Notes under the pieces: generated by a model
What the model was told of the DNA's origin: nothing
Database searches by the model: none
The model's input: only the letters and a program-made list of their open reading frames with translations
Translations under genes and position numbers: made by a program
Shown: piece by piece, positions 18,730-27,004 of the stretch
Numbering within the stretch: the first letter of the stretch is position 1
Layout of the letters: each line of letters starts with the position of its first letter
Source: a virus
Lineage: Duplodnaviria; Heunggongvirae; Uroviricota; Caudoviricetes
Direction: 5' to 3' (one strand)
Length of the DNA: 64,000 nucleotides
Virus record (IMG/VR): IMGVR_UViG_3300032093_014924

Positions 18730-19173
18730 TTAATTATTAAGATTTTCAATATTAATTTTACAATCAGGAGTTTTAATACCTGCAATATTACATATATCTG
18801 CTGGATATTCATCAACGGTATGATGTCTTTCTGTTTGTTCACCAGATGCTATTCTATCTTTATAACGTTCATGTCTAAATTGTTGATACATATGACAGGC
18901 TATTCTAACATCATCTTGTACATCTTGTGTATTAAAAATAGATGGGTGTGATGGTGGGTTGTAATTAAAAACAGATTTAAGGTCATCCGCCCTATCCCTG
19001 AATTTGTCGGATATATCATCCTTCCATAGTTTAGATTGCAAACTATTACATAATGTAAGATTATCGAATTGAAATATTCCAACTCTACTATATAATTCAA
19101 GTGCACGTTCAATTAAACACGCTTCTTCAAATCCTAATTCAACTGTTATTTTCTTTCCCATATGTTTGTTCAT
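18730..19173 (-). CDS. hypothetical protein
   Basis: 147-aa ORF. Confidence 0.4.
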   Translation of the reverse strand: MNKHMGKKITVELGFEEACLIERALELYSRVGIFQFDNLTLCNSLQSKLWKDDISDKFRDRADDLKSVFNYNPPSHPSIFNTQDVQDDVRIACHMYQQFRHERYKDRIASGEQTERHHTVDEYPADICNIAGIKTPDCKINIENLNN

Positions 19174-19384
19174 AATATTCTACTGGTTCAAAAACATAAA
19201 AAACATTTCCATCTGAATCAACATCTCTTATTATTTGCATTTTATGTGCCATTTCAATCATCTCTTGCCTTTGTATTTTATACGCTTGTTCAATCAAATC
19301 CATAGAATCCGTTTTCAAAGCGTTAGAAAATCTTTTAGGTAAGTTTTCTAATAAAAAATCTAAACCTGTTTGTTTATTTTTCAT
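19139..19384 (-). CDS. hypothetical protein
   Basis: 81-aa ORF with the promoter motif abutting the ATG. Confidence 0.4.
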   Translation of the reverse strand: MKNKQTGLDFLLENLPKRFSNALKTDSMDLIEQAYKIQRQEMIEMAHKMQIIRDVDSDGNVFYVFEPVEYYEQTYGKENNS

Positions 19385-19405
19385 AATACAAAGATACTAA
19401 TAAAA
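19385..19405 (-). promoter_or_regulatory. conserved upstream motif instance
   Basis: aatacaaagatactaataaaa abutting the ATG of 19139-19384. Confidence 0.55.
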
Positions 19406-19432
19406 AATTATAAAACAAAATTTATTTTTTAG

Positions 19433-19578
19433 CAGTCAGGACAGGATTCGAACCTGTATGTAAACCTTTTATCAACTTACCTTTACCAAAGCGTTTCTGC
19501 GCAACCTACTTTGGATTTATGTTGGTAATTTACTCGTAAGTATAATTGCGTAGCGTCTACCAATTTCGCCACCTGACT
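19433..19578 (-). tRNA. long tRNA-like gene, type-II (Leu-like) acceptor/D/T arms with a roughly 60-nt extra insertion
   Basis: Minus strand reads AGTCAGG-TG-GCGA-AATTGGTAGA-CGC ... ACAGG-TTCGAAT-CCTGT-CCTGACT-G. The perfect 7-bp acceptor stem, canonical D and T arms and a GCGCAGAAACGC variable-arm-like hairpin support a tRNA. Total length is about 146 nt. Confidence 0.5.
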
Positions 19579-19806
19579 ATTTAGCACTCTATTTTATCCA
19601 ACTTACAAGTGCCGAGGCTGTCCTTGACTCCACCAGTTAGGCAATCATCAAGTTAGGAATAAACTATTGAGTGAATCACTACTAGTACACTCTTTCGGAG
19701 CAGATAGTCAATCTGAATAGAATCTTGTCCTATTATCAATCCTCTATGGTTATCACACCATTTCTCATCGTATAAGGCATACTATCCGTTGATTAGTCGG
19801 AACGTG

Positions 19807-19932
19807 TAGTCAGGACAGGATTCGAACCTGTATGAATAATGTTGCAAAACTTGGGAATGTATTTTATCGGTTTTACCAGCAACTTCTTCTAGTCCCATTT
19901 ACTTAGCGTCTGCTCTATTCCGCCACCTGACT
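19807..19932 (-). tRNA. long tRNA-like gene, paralog of the previous one (about 126 nt)
   Basis: CAGTCAGG-TG-GCGG-AATAGAGCAGA-CGC ... ACAGGTTCGAATCCTGT-CCTGACT-A. Same acceptor and T arm as 19433-19578 but a different middle. Confidence 0.45.
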
Positions 19933-19961
19933 GTTATTAGTTTCAATTTGAATTCTTATTA

Positions 19962-20702
19962 TTAAGCTGAAACTTCTTTTTTATTATTTAATAATTGATT
20001 AAATTCTTTTTGTCCATTAATTACTTTTTTAATAATCTCTTCAAATTTAATCTTACTAACGTTAATATTAAATTCAATATCATTACCTATACCAATCATA
20101 GTGGCAAAACAATCATGCTTAAATGTTAATGGGTTGAAATTAAAATAAATACCTTCGTTTTTAAAGTAATTTGATTGATATCCAATTTGGAAACTTCTAT
20201 ATAATGTTGTTTCATCACCACTAGTTGATGTAATAACACGATTAACTAATCCGTTATTTACCATTATCGGCATTAATTTAAAAAGCTTTTTATTAAATTT
20301 TGTTACCTCTTCAAAATAATTATTAGCGTAATTCAAATAAAAATATTCATCAGTTATTATATTTAAAACAACATGGAAATATTTTAATTCATTTCTAATT
20401 AATTCAATACATGGGTATTCTGGTTTTGAATAACCCATAGTTGAATAAGCTATAGATTTATCTATTTCAAATGTAACATTTTCTACTTTAACATTATCTA
20501 ATAATTCACCACCATTTTGGTAATCTAATTCGGTTCCTTCTGGGAAATCTTTTTCTTTTGGGTTGTGGCCAAAAGATATATCTATAGACCCTTCAATATT
20601 GTTATTCCGAAAATGAACCATATCCAAAACAGAATCTGTTTGTATTGCATATACATTAAAATTCTTAGATAGTAATGCTTTTCTTATTTCTCCGTATTTC
20701 AT
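19962..20702 (-). CDS. hypothetical protein
   Basis: 246-aa ORF with the promoter motif abutting the ATG. Confidence 0.45.
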   Translation of the reverse strand: MKYGEIRKALLSKNFNVYAIQTDSVLDMVHFRNNNIEGSIDISFGHNPKEKDFPEGTELDYQNGGELLDNVKVENVTFEIDKSIAYSTMGYSKPEYPCIELIRNELKYFHVVLNIITDEYFYLNYANNYFEEVTKFNKKLFKLMPIMVNNGLVNRVITSTSGDETTLYRSFQIGYQSNYFKNEGIYFNFNPLTFKHDCFATMIGIGNDIEFNINVSKIKFEEIIKKVINGQKEFNQLLNNKKEVSA

Positions 20703-20724
20703 ATTACAAAGATACTAATAATTT
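20703..20724 (-). promoter_or_regulatory. conserved upstream motif instance
   Basis: attacaaagatactaataattt abutting the ATG of 19962-20702. Confidence 0.55.
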
Positions 20725-20764
20725 TTAAAAAAACAAAAAAAAACTATAAATAACAAGAAAAAAT

Positions 20765-20995
20765 TTATTTATAGTATCTTTTAACTACCCCTACGCTTAC
20801 GTTTAACCATTTAATAACAAATAAATGTGTTATTTCTTTGTCATCGTTTATACCTTCCCAATTAAGTCTTTGGAAACCTATTGTTGGTGTGATGTACCAC
20901 ATACCTTCTTCACCAAAATGAAGACTTATGGTTTTAGTTAAGTTGAAGTCTCTTTGTATCAACATAATTTTATCTTTTTTTATCATCAACATCAA
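20765..20995 (-). CDS. hypothetical protein
   Basis: 76-aa ORF. Confidence 0.3.
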   Translation of the reverse strand: MMLMIKKDKIMLIQRDFNLTKTISLHFGEEGMWYITPTIGFQRLNWEGINDDKEITHLFVIKWLNVSVGVVKRYYK

Positions 20996-21545
20996 ACGCT
21001 TTTAATTTACCATCTTTTGAATAACCCATGTTCTCTGGTCTAATATCAGATGCGTCAACGCCTAAATATCTATATGCTCTAATGATATCATCTAAATCAT
21101 CCATAAATGATTGTAATTCATCAGATATTTGAATTTCATCAGTATCTAAATAGTCAAGGTATTGAATTGGTAACCCCTGTTCATCTAAATAATTTTGTAG
21201 TTCATAATACAAATCTTCAATACGTGAATTTTCTTCTAATTCTTCTAATATAATTAACATTTGTCCATTAATAATATCAGTTTTATATATCTTTGCTAAT
21301 GAGTTTAGTACAGGTATATCTTTACCTTCCATTTGTTTTGCTAAATTAAATTCATTTTTAGATGATGTCTTTTTTAAGACTCTACCATCATCACCAATTG
21401 AATATGCTTCACCAAAATCACCGCTACCAAGATAACTTAACTCATCTGGATTTATCCCGTTTTCATGATAAAAATCATTAATTGTTTTATCATTTTCATT
21501 TAAATACTCCATTAAAATAGTTTTAATAAGTTTTTTATTCCCCAT
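20970..21545 (-). CDS. minimal protein-kinase-like protein
   Basis: LGSGDFGEAY resembles the kinase glycine loop GxGxFG. ASDIRPENMGY resembles the catalytic loop D(L/I)KPEN. KAFDVD resembles DFG. 191 aa. Confidence 0.4.
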   Translation of the reverse strand: MGNKKLIKTILMEYLNENDKTINDFYHENGINPDELSYLGSGDFGEAYSIGDDGRVLKKTSSKNEFNLAKQMEGKDIPVLNSLAKIYKTDIINGQMLIILEELEENSRIEDLYYELQNYLDEQGLPIQYLDYLDTDEIQISDELQSFMDDLDDIIRAYRYLGVDASDIRPENMGYSKDGKLKAFDVDDKKR

Positions 21546-21811
21546 ATAATTTTTAATATATAAATATCTTAAAAAACGAAACTACAAAAAGAAATTGTGC
21601 CAATCTTATTGAAGAATTCTTTCTCAATAACTGATATATTCAAACCAAATATGGTTATTTCAAAACCTTTAAATAAATTAAATTTCTTGATTTTAAATAA
21701 CCATTTAAATACCTCATTTTTACAATATTTTTCGAATCTTACCTTTACCATATTTACTTTAAATATATGACCATTTACTTTTTTGTCAATTAAGTTTAAT
21801 TAAAATAATAC

Positions 21812-22135
21812 ATGGGATACATTTATTTAATTCTTGAAGTCGATGCTTTTGGTAACGAAAGATGCAAAATAGGTTTTACAAAAAACAATCCAGAAAAAAG
21901 AGTTAAATCTTTGCAAACTGGTAATTCAAATAATATATCATTATTGAAAACATTCGAAACTAAAAATTATAAACTTCTTGAAAAATGGTTACATGGAAAA
22001 TTCTATAGCCAAAAAACTGAAGCTAATAACGAATGGTTCCAATTAACTAATGAAGAAATTAATAATTTCACCATAACCTGTAAAGAATATGATGAAATTA
22101 TTAATTCATATAACGAAAAAGTTAATTTAATTTAA
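21812..22135 (+). CDS. T5orf172 / GIY-YIG-like DNA-binding domain protein
   Basis: GYIYLILEV...CKIGFTKNNPEKRVKSLQTGN matches the T5orf172 pattern GYVYxL...KIGxT...R...L.TG. Plus strand. Confidence 0.5.
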   Translation: MGYIYLILEVDAFGNERCKIGFTKNNPEKRVKSLQTGNSNNISLLKTFETKNYKLLEKWLHGKFYSQKTEANNEWFQLTNEEINNFTITCKEYDEIINSYNEKVNLI

Positions 22136-22177
22136 TTTTTTTTAATGTTATCACTATTTATATTAAAAAAAATATAA

Positions 22178-22324
22178 ATGGGAAAACAAATTAAATCTTC
22201 AGGTTCTTCATCATTATTAACCAAACCAAGGGTTCGCAGAAAAGGAATTCACGCTAAAAGCAAAGCAAGTAGAGGCAAAAAAACTAAAAATTATTTAAAA
22301 AGATATCGAGGCCAAGGCAAATAA
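22178..22324 (+). CDS. small highly basic protein (manual call, 48 aa)
   Basis: MGKQIKSSGSSSLLTKPRVRRKGIHAKSKASRGKKTKNYLKRYRGQGK has an Arg/Lys-rich composition like nucleic-acid-binding or ribosomal-type small proteins. Confidence 0.3.
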   Translation: MGKQIKSSGSSSLLTKPRVRRKGIHAKSKASRGKKTKNYLKRYRGQGK

Positions 22325-22546
22325 TTAAAGATTCGATATATCTTTTAATATGTTTTGATTGTTTTTAATGAAACCATAAAACATCTGTTGCATCAATGGT
22401 GGTATTAAATTACCATCAACATACACAACATAATTTAATACGCCAATCTCTTGACCTTTCTTTAAAGTTATTTCATTAGTTAATGAAACATCTTCTGTTA
22501 ATTTGTACCTTACATTATTTATTTCCATATTATTTCTTAGCATCAT
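22325..22546 (-). CDS. hypothetical protein
   Basis: 73-aa ORF. Confidence 0.3.
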   Translation of the reverse strand: MMLRNNMEINNVRYKLTEDVSLTNEITLKKGQEIGVLNYVVYVDGNLIPPLMQQMFYGFIKNNQNILKDISNL

Positions 22547-23801
22547 ATTCTGGGTTCATATATTTACAAGATAAGTCATTACTAAAATGTGTCCTAATAA
22601 CAACACCTTCAATAACTCTACCTTGTTCTTTTTCTTTTGCAATAATTGAATCACAAAACTGACATAATTCTTCATATGAAGATGGTTTAACCAATTCTGG
22701 TTTTGTGTATTCCAAACCTAAAGCGACACATACAGTTTCAAGATTAAATTCACTTGAATAGTTTAATCTTTTTGAAAAACCTTCAGATAAATTATCAATA
22801 CCAAACATTCTAAGTGTTTGTTTTTTATTAGAATCTGGATTATATTTGTTACCAGAACCCTTTAACCCCTGACCATAAATTTCACCTCTAAATGCTAATT
22901 CCAAACCATGTGTTTTACAATATTCTAATCCTTTATCAATTAAACCACTTGAATACGCTAAATCAACCCAAGAATCTTTTACATCAACAAAAATTGGGGT
23001 TAATGAATCAAGTTCTTCATTTGTTCTGAAATCATTTAACGCATCACAATACCAACCCTTTTCTTTCGTTTCTGGGTTAATATATTTATGATAATTGTTG
23101 TTATTAGCATCAAAATAATTTGTAATCGCTTTTTGTTCAAGTTTTTTCTCTAAACTTCTTGAACACACACCAACCTTATATTCACCATCAATAAGTTTAA
23201 AATATGTCGTGTGTGATGAACCATCATGTTTAATTGTAACACCAAACACTGTGTTACCATCACATAACTTCATAACCCTTGATTTAAGGTTTGAATAATT
23301 TTCTTCATCCGTTTTATATAAGAAAGATGGGAAATCACCAGCAATCAAACCAGAACCAGCTGTTTCAGGTTCTTCATATTTTGTAATACCAAGAATTTCT
23401 GTTATATCATCAGTATCTGAATCTTTACCAATAAATGAATCAACTTCACTCTTTGGTAATAAAACACCAAAAGAATAGATAGGGTCTGTTGATTCAGCAA
23501 ATGAGAAATTAAATTTAATTGCCCTAACCCTATTGTTTTTACCTAACCTGCTTTTCTTAGGGTCATTATCTGGCATTGTAAAACTATTGAATAATCCAAT
23601 GTCTGATAAGCAATAATCAGGTTGAATATAACAGGCTTTTGACCCTATTTCATATAACCCTTTTTGTGCAATGACATTGTACCCACATTCATCACCATTC
23701 TTAAACTTAAAGTTGATTACTTGGATACTATTAGCCTCTTCACCATTCTTGTATACAGGAATGATTTTATTTACTTCAACAATTTCAACTGGTTTTATCA
23801 T
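22530..23801 (-). CDS. ATP-dependent nucleic-acid ligase (KxDG nucleotidyltransferase; RNA-ligase-like)
   Basis: GVTIKHDGSSHTTYF = motif I KxDG of the covalent nucleotidyltransferase superfamily. 423 aa. Confidence 0.5.
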   Translation of the reverse strand: MIKPVEIVEVNKIIPVYKNGEEANSIQVINFKFKNGDECGYNVIAQKGLYEIGSKACYIQPDYCLSDIGLFNSFTMPDNDPKKSRLGKNNRVRAIKFNFSFAESTDPIYSFGVLLPKSEVDSFIGKDSDTDDITEILGITKYEEPETAGSGLIAGDFPSFLYKTDEENYSNLKSRVMKLCDGNTVFGVTIKHDGSSHTTYFKLIDGEYKVGVCSRSLEKKLEQKAITNYFDANNNNYHKYINPETKEKGWYCDALNDFRTNEELDSLTPIFVDVKDSWVDLAYSSGLIDKGLEYCKTHGLELAFRGEIYGQGLKGSGNKYNPDSNKKQTLRMFGIDNLSEGFSKRLNYSSEFNLETVCVALGLEYTKPELVKPSSYEELCQFCDSIIAKEKEQGRVIEGVVIRTHFSNDLSCKYMNPEYDAKK

Positions 23802-23947
23802 ATTTCTTTTTTTTTTACAAAGTTACTAAAAAGTTTTTTAATGTGCAAATATTTTTTTTATTATAGGATTAAAATTAAGATATATTTATTTCTTCTATCC
23901 AAAAATTTTCATTTGGAAAATCTCTTTTATATTGAATGCGTAAAACC

Positions 23948-25299
23948 CATAAGTCTTTAGCTTATGTGATATAAGCACTACAAAAATACAAATAAATAAA
24001 CAAATAAACAAATAAATATTTTTTTTTCTTAAAATATGTCTTTTTTAATATTATCATATATTTATCATATATAGAGTTAATCTGATAAATAATGTTAAAA
24101 TCATATAAATATAAACTTAAACCAACTAATGAACAAATTGTTTTATTGAATAAACACTTTGGTTCAATTAGGTTTATATATAATTATTTTTTAAATGAAA
24201 GAAAACATGAATATGAAACAAACAAAAACTCAATTAATTATTATGATAACGCTAAATCATTAACTGAATTAAAAAAACAAGATAATTATTCATGGTTAAA
24301 AGAAATTAATTCACAATCATTACAGGATTCATTAAAAAATTTAGAAACAGCTTATAAGAATTTTTTTAGATTCAAAAAAGGTTTTCCTAAATTTAAATCT
24401 AAACACGATAAAAATAGTTTTACAATACCTCAATTTGTTAAATTAAATAAAAATGAATTATCTATACCTAAATTTAAAGACCCTATTAAAGTCATTATAG
24501 ATAGAAAATTTAATGGTTTAATTAAACAATGTACTATTTCAAAAACACCAACAAATGAATATTTTGTATCTATTTTGGTTGAAACTGAACATAATAAATT
24601 ACCAAAAACTAACAAATCTGTTGGTATTGATTTAGGTATTAAAGAGTTTGTTATAACATCTGATGGTTATAAATATAAAAATAATAGATACACAAAAACA
24701 TACGCTAAAAAACTTAAAGAACATCAACAACATTTAAGCAGAAAAATAAAAGGTAGTAACAGATATAATAAACAAAAATTAAAAGTGGCCACTATTCATA
24801 AGAAGATAACCAATTCTAGAATAGATAATCTACATAAAATATCCACAGATTTAATTAAAAAATATGATTTAATTGTATTGGAAGATTTAAATATTAAGGG
24901 TATGGTTAAAAATCATAAATTATCTAAACATATTTTAGATGTTTCATGGGGAAAATTTGTAACAATGTTACGTTATAAATCTGAATGGAATGATAAAAAA
25001 ATAGTTAACATAGATAGGTTTTTTCCTAGTAGTAAAACATGTAATTGTTGTGGTTATATTAATCAAAATTTAAAATTAAATATTAGAGAATGGGTTTGCC
25101 CATCATGTAATACTAAATTAGATAGAGATTTAAACGCAAGCATAAATATCCTTAAAGAAGGAAATAAGATATTATCGTCAGGAACTGACGATTACAGACG
25201 TGGAGATGAAATAAGACCAACATCCGTTGGCACAATCGGTGAAACGTCTAAAATTCTTAACAATATTGTTAAGAAACCCATTGGTCTTTAGCCAATGGG
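23948..25299 (+). mobile_element. IS200/IS605-family (IS1341-like) TnpB-only insertion element
   Basis: The only large plus-strand gene in its neighbourhood. Flanked by two related hairpins with an identical TCTTTAG loop: CATAAG-TCTTTAG-CTTATG at 23948-23966 and CCCATTGG-TCTTTAG-CCAATGGG at 25277-25299. Confidence 0.6.
24092..25291 (+). CDS. tnpB: TnpB (OrfB_IS605) RNA-guided endonuclease-family transposase accessory protein
   Basis: N-terminal YKYKLKPTNEQ, central RuvC-like region, and C-terminal CNCCGY...CPSCNTKLDRDLNASINI zinc ribbon + RuvC-III signature. Confidence 0.85.
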   Translation: MLKSYKYKLKPTNEQIVLLNKHFGSIRFIYNYFLNERKHEYETNKNSINYYDNAKSLTELKKQDNYSWLKEINSQSLQDSLKNLETAYKNFFRFKKGFPKFKSKHDKNSFTIPQFVKLNKNELSIPKFKDPIKVIIDRKFNGLIKQCTISKTPTNEYFVSILVETEHNKLPKTNKSVGIDLGIKEFVITSDGYKYKNNRYTKTYAKKLKEHQQHLSRKIKGSNRYNKQKLKVATIHKKITNSRIDNLHKISTDLIKKYDLIVLEDLNIKGMVKNHKLSKHILDVSWGKFVTMLRYKSEWNDKKIVNIDRFFPSSKTCNCCGYINQNLKLNIREWVCPSCNTKLDRDLNASINILKEGNKILSSGTDDYRRGDEIRPTSVGTIGETSKILNNIVKKPIGL

Positions 25300-25533
25300 T
25301 AGTTCATCTATAGTGTTTATTAAAGCCATATGTGGAATATGTCTACCAATCAACACAGACCATATTAATTCACGTTTTTGATTTAAATCCCAAACAAAAT
25401 CACGCTGTAAGTTCTTACCTCTTGTTTCTAAGAAAACATCCCAATCAATATTTAATTGTTTAAAGTACTTTACGCTTGAGCAAGCTTCTTCAACTTTTAG
25501 ACCAATATTTCTAAGTTCTTTTATAGTTTTCAT
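25288..25533 (-). CDS. hypothetical protein
   Basis: 81-aa ORF. Its 3' end runs into the right-end hairpin of the IS. Confidence 0.35.
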   Translation of the reverse strand: MKTIKELRNIGLKVEEACSSVKYFKQLNIDWDVFLETRGKNLQRDFVWDLNQKRELIWSVLIGRHIPHMALINTIDELPIG

Positions 25534-26654
25534 TTTTTTAAATGTTCGTATAACCTCTTGTTATCAAAGTCTTTAAGGTATTCTTCTGGTGATGGTGTTT
25601 TACCGTCAATCAAAGAGAAAAACATATTTGAAAATAACATTAAATTATTCTCTGAACAAACTTTAAATACATTTGTGGCGTAATTTTTACGTTCTTCTTT
25701 TGTGTTGTTCTTAGGTTTAAATTCATATAAAACATACCAATAATGATTTAACGCACGTATTAACCCATAATACTTTTCTCTTAGTTCAAGTATCTCATTT
25801 TCACGTTCTTTGAATGTTGATATGAATTCTTCAACTTCATTATTCTTTATTATCCCCAATATATTATAAAAAGATAATTTATCTTTTAAATGGTGAACCA
25901 AAACATATTCAGGATTCTTTAATTTAACTCTGTTAAAATCATTATCAACAATAACATACCCCTCTTCTGAAAATGGCATATTTTCAAAAGTCTTAACCAA
26001 AGAATCTATGTTCTTATTTAGGTCATATTCAGTCACCACAGGGATATTTATTTGTTTTGATACTTCCATTACATCATTGTAAGATAATTCGTTTAAGGTC
26101 TTTAAATCCCTTATTGTTAATAATGTTAGTGAAGATTCAGAATGTGGTTTAACAACAATATTATAAGGTGTCATTAATTCAAAAACATAACTAAAACCTT
26201 TTGTTAATTTATTTTCAGTTAAACCATATTTTGAAGCTGTATTCCAAAACAGTTGATTAAATGTTAAATCTAACATTCCATTAACATTCCCTTCACCTTC
26301 AGCAGTTCCTGTTGTTGCAGCAAACCACTTATCTTTATTCCAATCGTAGTGTAAATTAATTAAAGAACCATCACACTTCTCAAGGATTCTTGCGGTATTC
26401 CAATTAATTGTATGAGCATTAGTTTCACTATGATTAAAGAATTTTTTAAAAGCCATACCAATAACTTTCCATGTGTCTAATTCGAGAATTAATCCACGAC
26501 ATTCTTGAACTTCTTCCAAAGCCATTATTACTGGTGATGATAATTGGTCATACTTTAATATGACTTTATCATAGTATAACTTATGTTTTAACTCTAAATC
26601 AGATACGGTTTTTTCTAACCCATCTCTATTTAACTTTTCAACTATTTTTAACAT
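25530..26654 (-). CDS. rnlA: RNA ligase 1 family (T4 RnlA-like)
   Basis: RILEKCDGSLINL = KxDGSL motif I, as in T4 Rnl1 (KEDGSL). 374 aa. Confidence 0.6.
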   Translation of the reverse strand: MLKIVEKLNRDGLEKTVSDLELKHKLYYDKVILKYDQLSSPVIMALEEVQECRGLILELDTWKVIGMAFKKFFNHSETNAHTINWNTARILEKCDGSLINLHYDWNKDKWFAATTGTAEGEGNVNGMLDLTFNQLFWNTASKYGLTENKLTKGFSYVFELMTPYNIVVKPHSESSLTLLTIRDLKTLNELSYNDVMEVSKQINIPVVTEYDLNKNIDSLVKTFENMPFSEEGYVIVDNDFNRVKLKNPEYVLVHHLKDKLSFYNILGIIKNNEVEEFISTFKERENEILELREKYYGLIRALNHYWYVLYEFKPKNNTKEERKNYATNVFKVCSENNLMLFSNMFFSLIDGKTPSPEEYLKDFDNKRLYEHLKK

Positions 26655-26660
26655 TTTATT

Positions 26661-26966
26661 TTAATTATCTTTAAAGTTTTGTTCTTCGCCATCTAAATTA
26701 TTAAAATATTTTAGTATCTCTGAAATTCTTATGTTTTTTTCTTCAAGGTCATCCATAATCCTTTTTGCAGCATACATTGATGAAATTAACCCATATTCTT
26801 CGACATCTTTTTCATCTAACATAACACCAGCGATAAATATTAATAAACTACCAGCTTTATTAACACAATAATCACCAGTTTCATGGCTTTCTTTACATAA
26901 AGAAGTTCCCATTTCAAATAATTTTGAGCTTATTTCGGCTCTACGTTCTAACATATTATTTTCCAT
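26661..26966 (-). CDS. hypothetical protein
   Basis: 101-aa ORF with the promoter motif abutting the ATG. Confidence 0.4.
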   Translation of the reverse strand: MENNMLERRAEISSKLFEMGTSLCKESHETGDYCVNKAGSLLIFIAGVMLDEKDVEEYGLISSMYAAKRIMDDLEEKNIRISEILKYFNNLDGEEQNFKDN

Positions 26967-26988
26967 ACTACAAAGGTACTAATAATTT
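26967..26988 (-). promoter_or_regulatory. conserved upstream motif instance
   Basis: actacaaaggtactaataattt abutting the ATG of 26661-26966. Confidence 0.5.
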
Positions 26989-27004
26989 TATTAATAATAC
27001 AAAA

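Noticed and set aside
19433-19932. Group I intron inside the long tRNA-like genes
   Set aside because: The extra sequence is only about 30-60 nt, far shorter than a self-splicing group I intron. I left them as long tRNA-like genes of unresolved structure.
21569-21751. 60-aa minus-strand ORF in the divergent intergenic region
   Set aside because: It has no promoter motif, odd composition and lies between divergent promoters. It is more likely non-coding regulatory DNA.
24430-24615. 61-aa minus-strand ORF
   Set aside because: It is internal to tnpB on the opposite strand.
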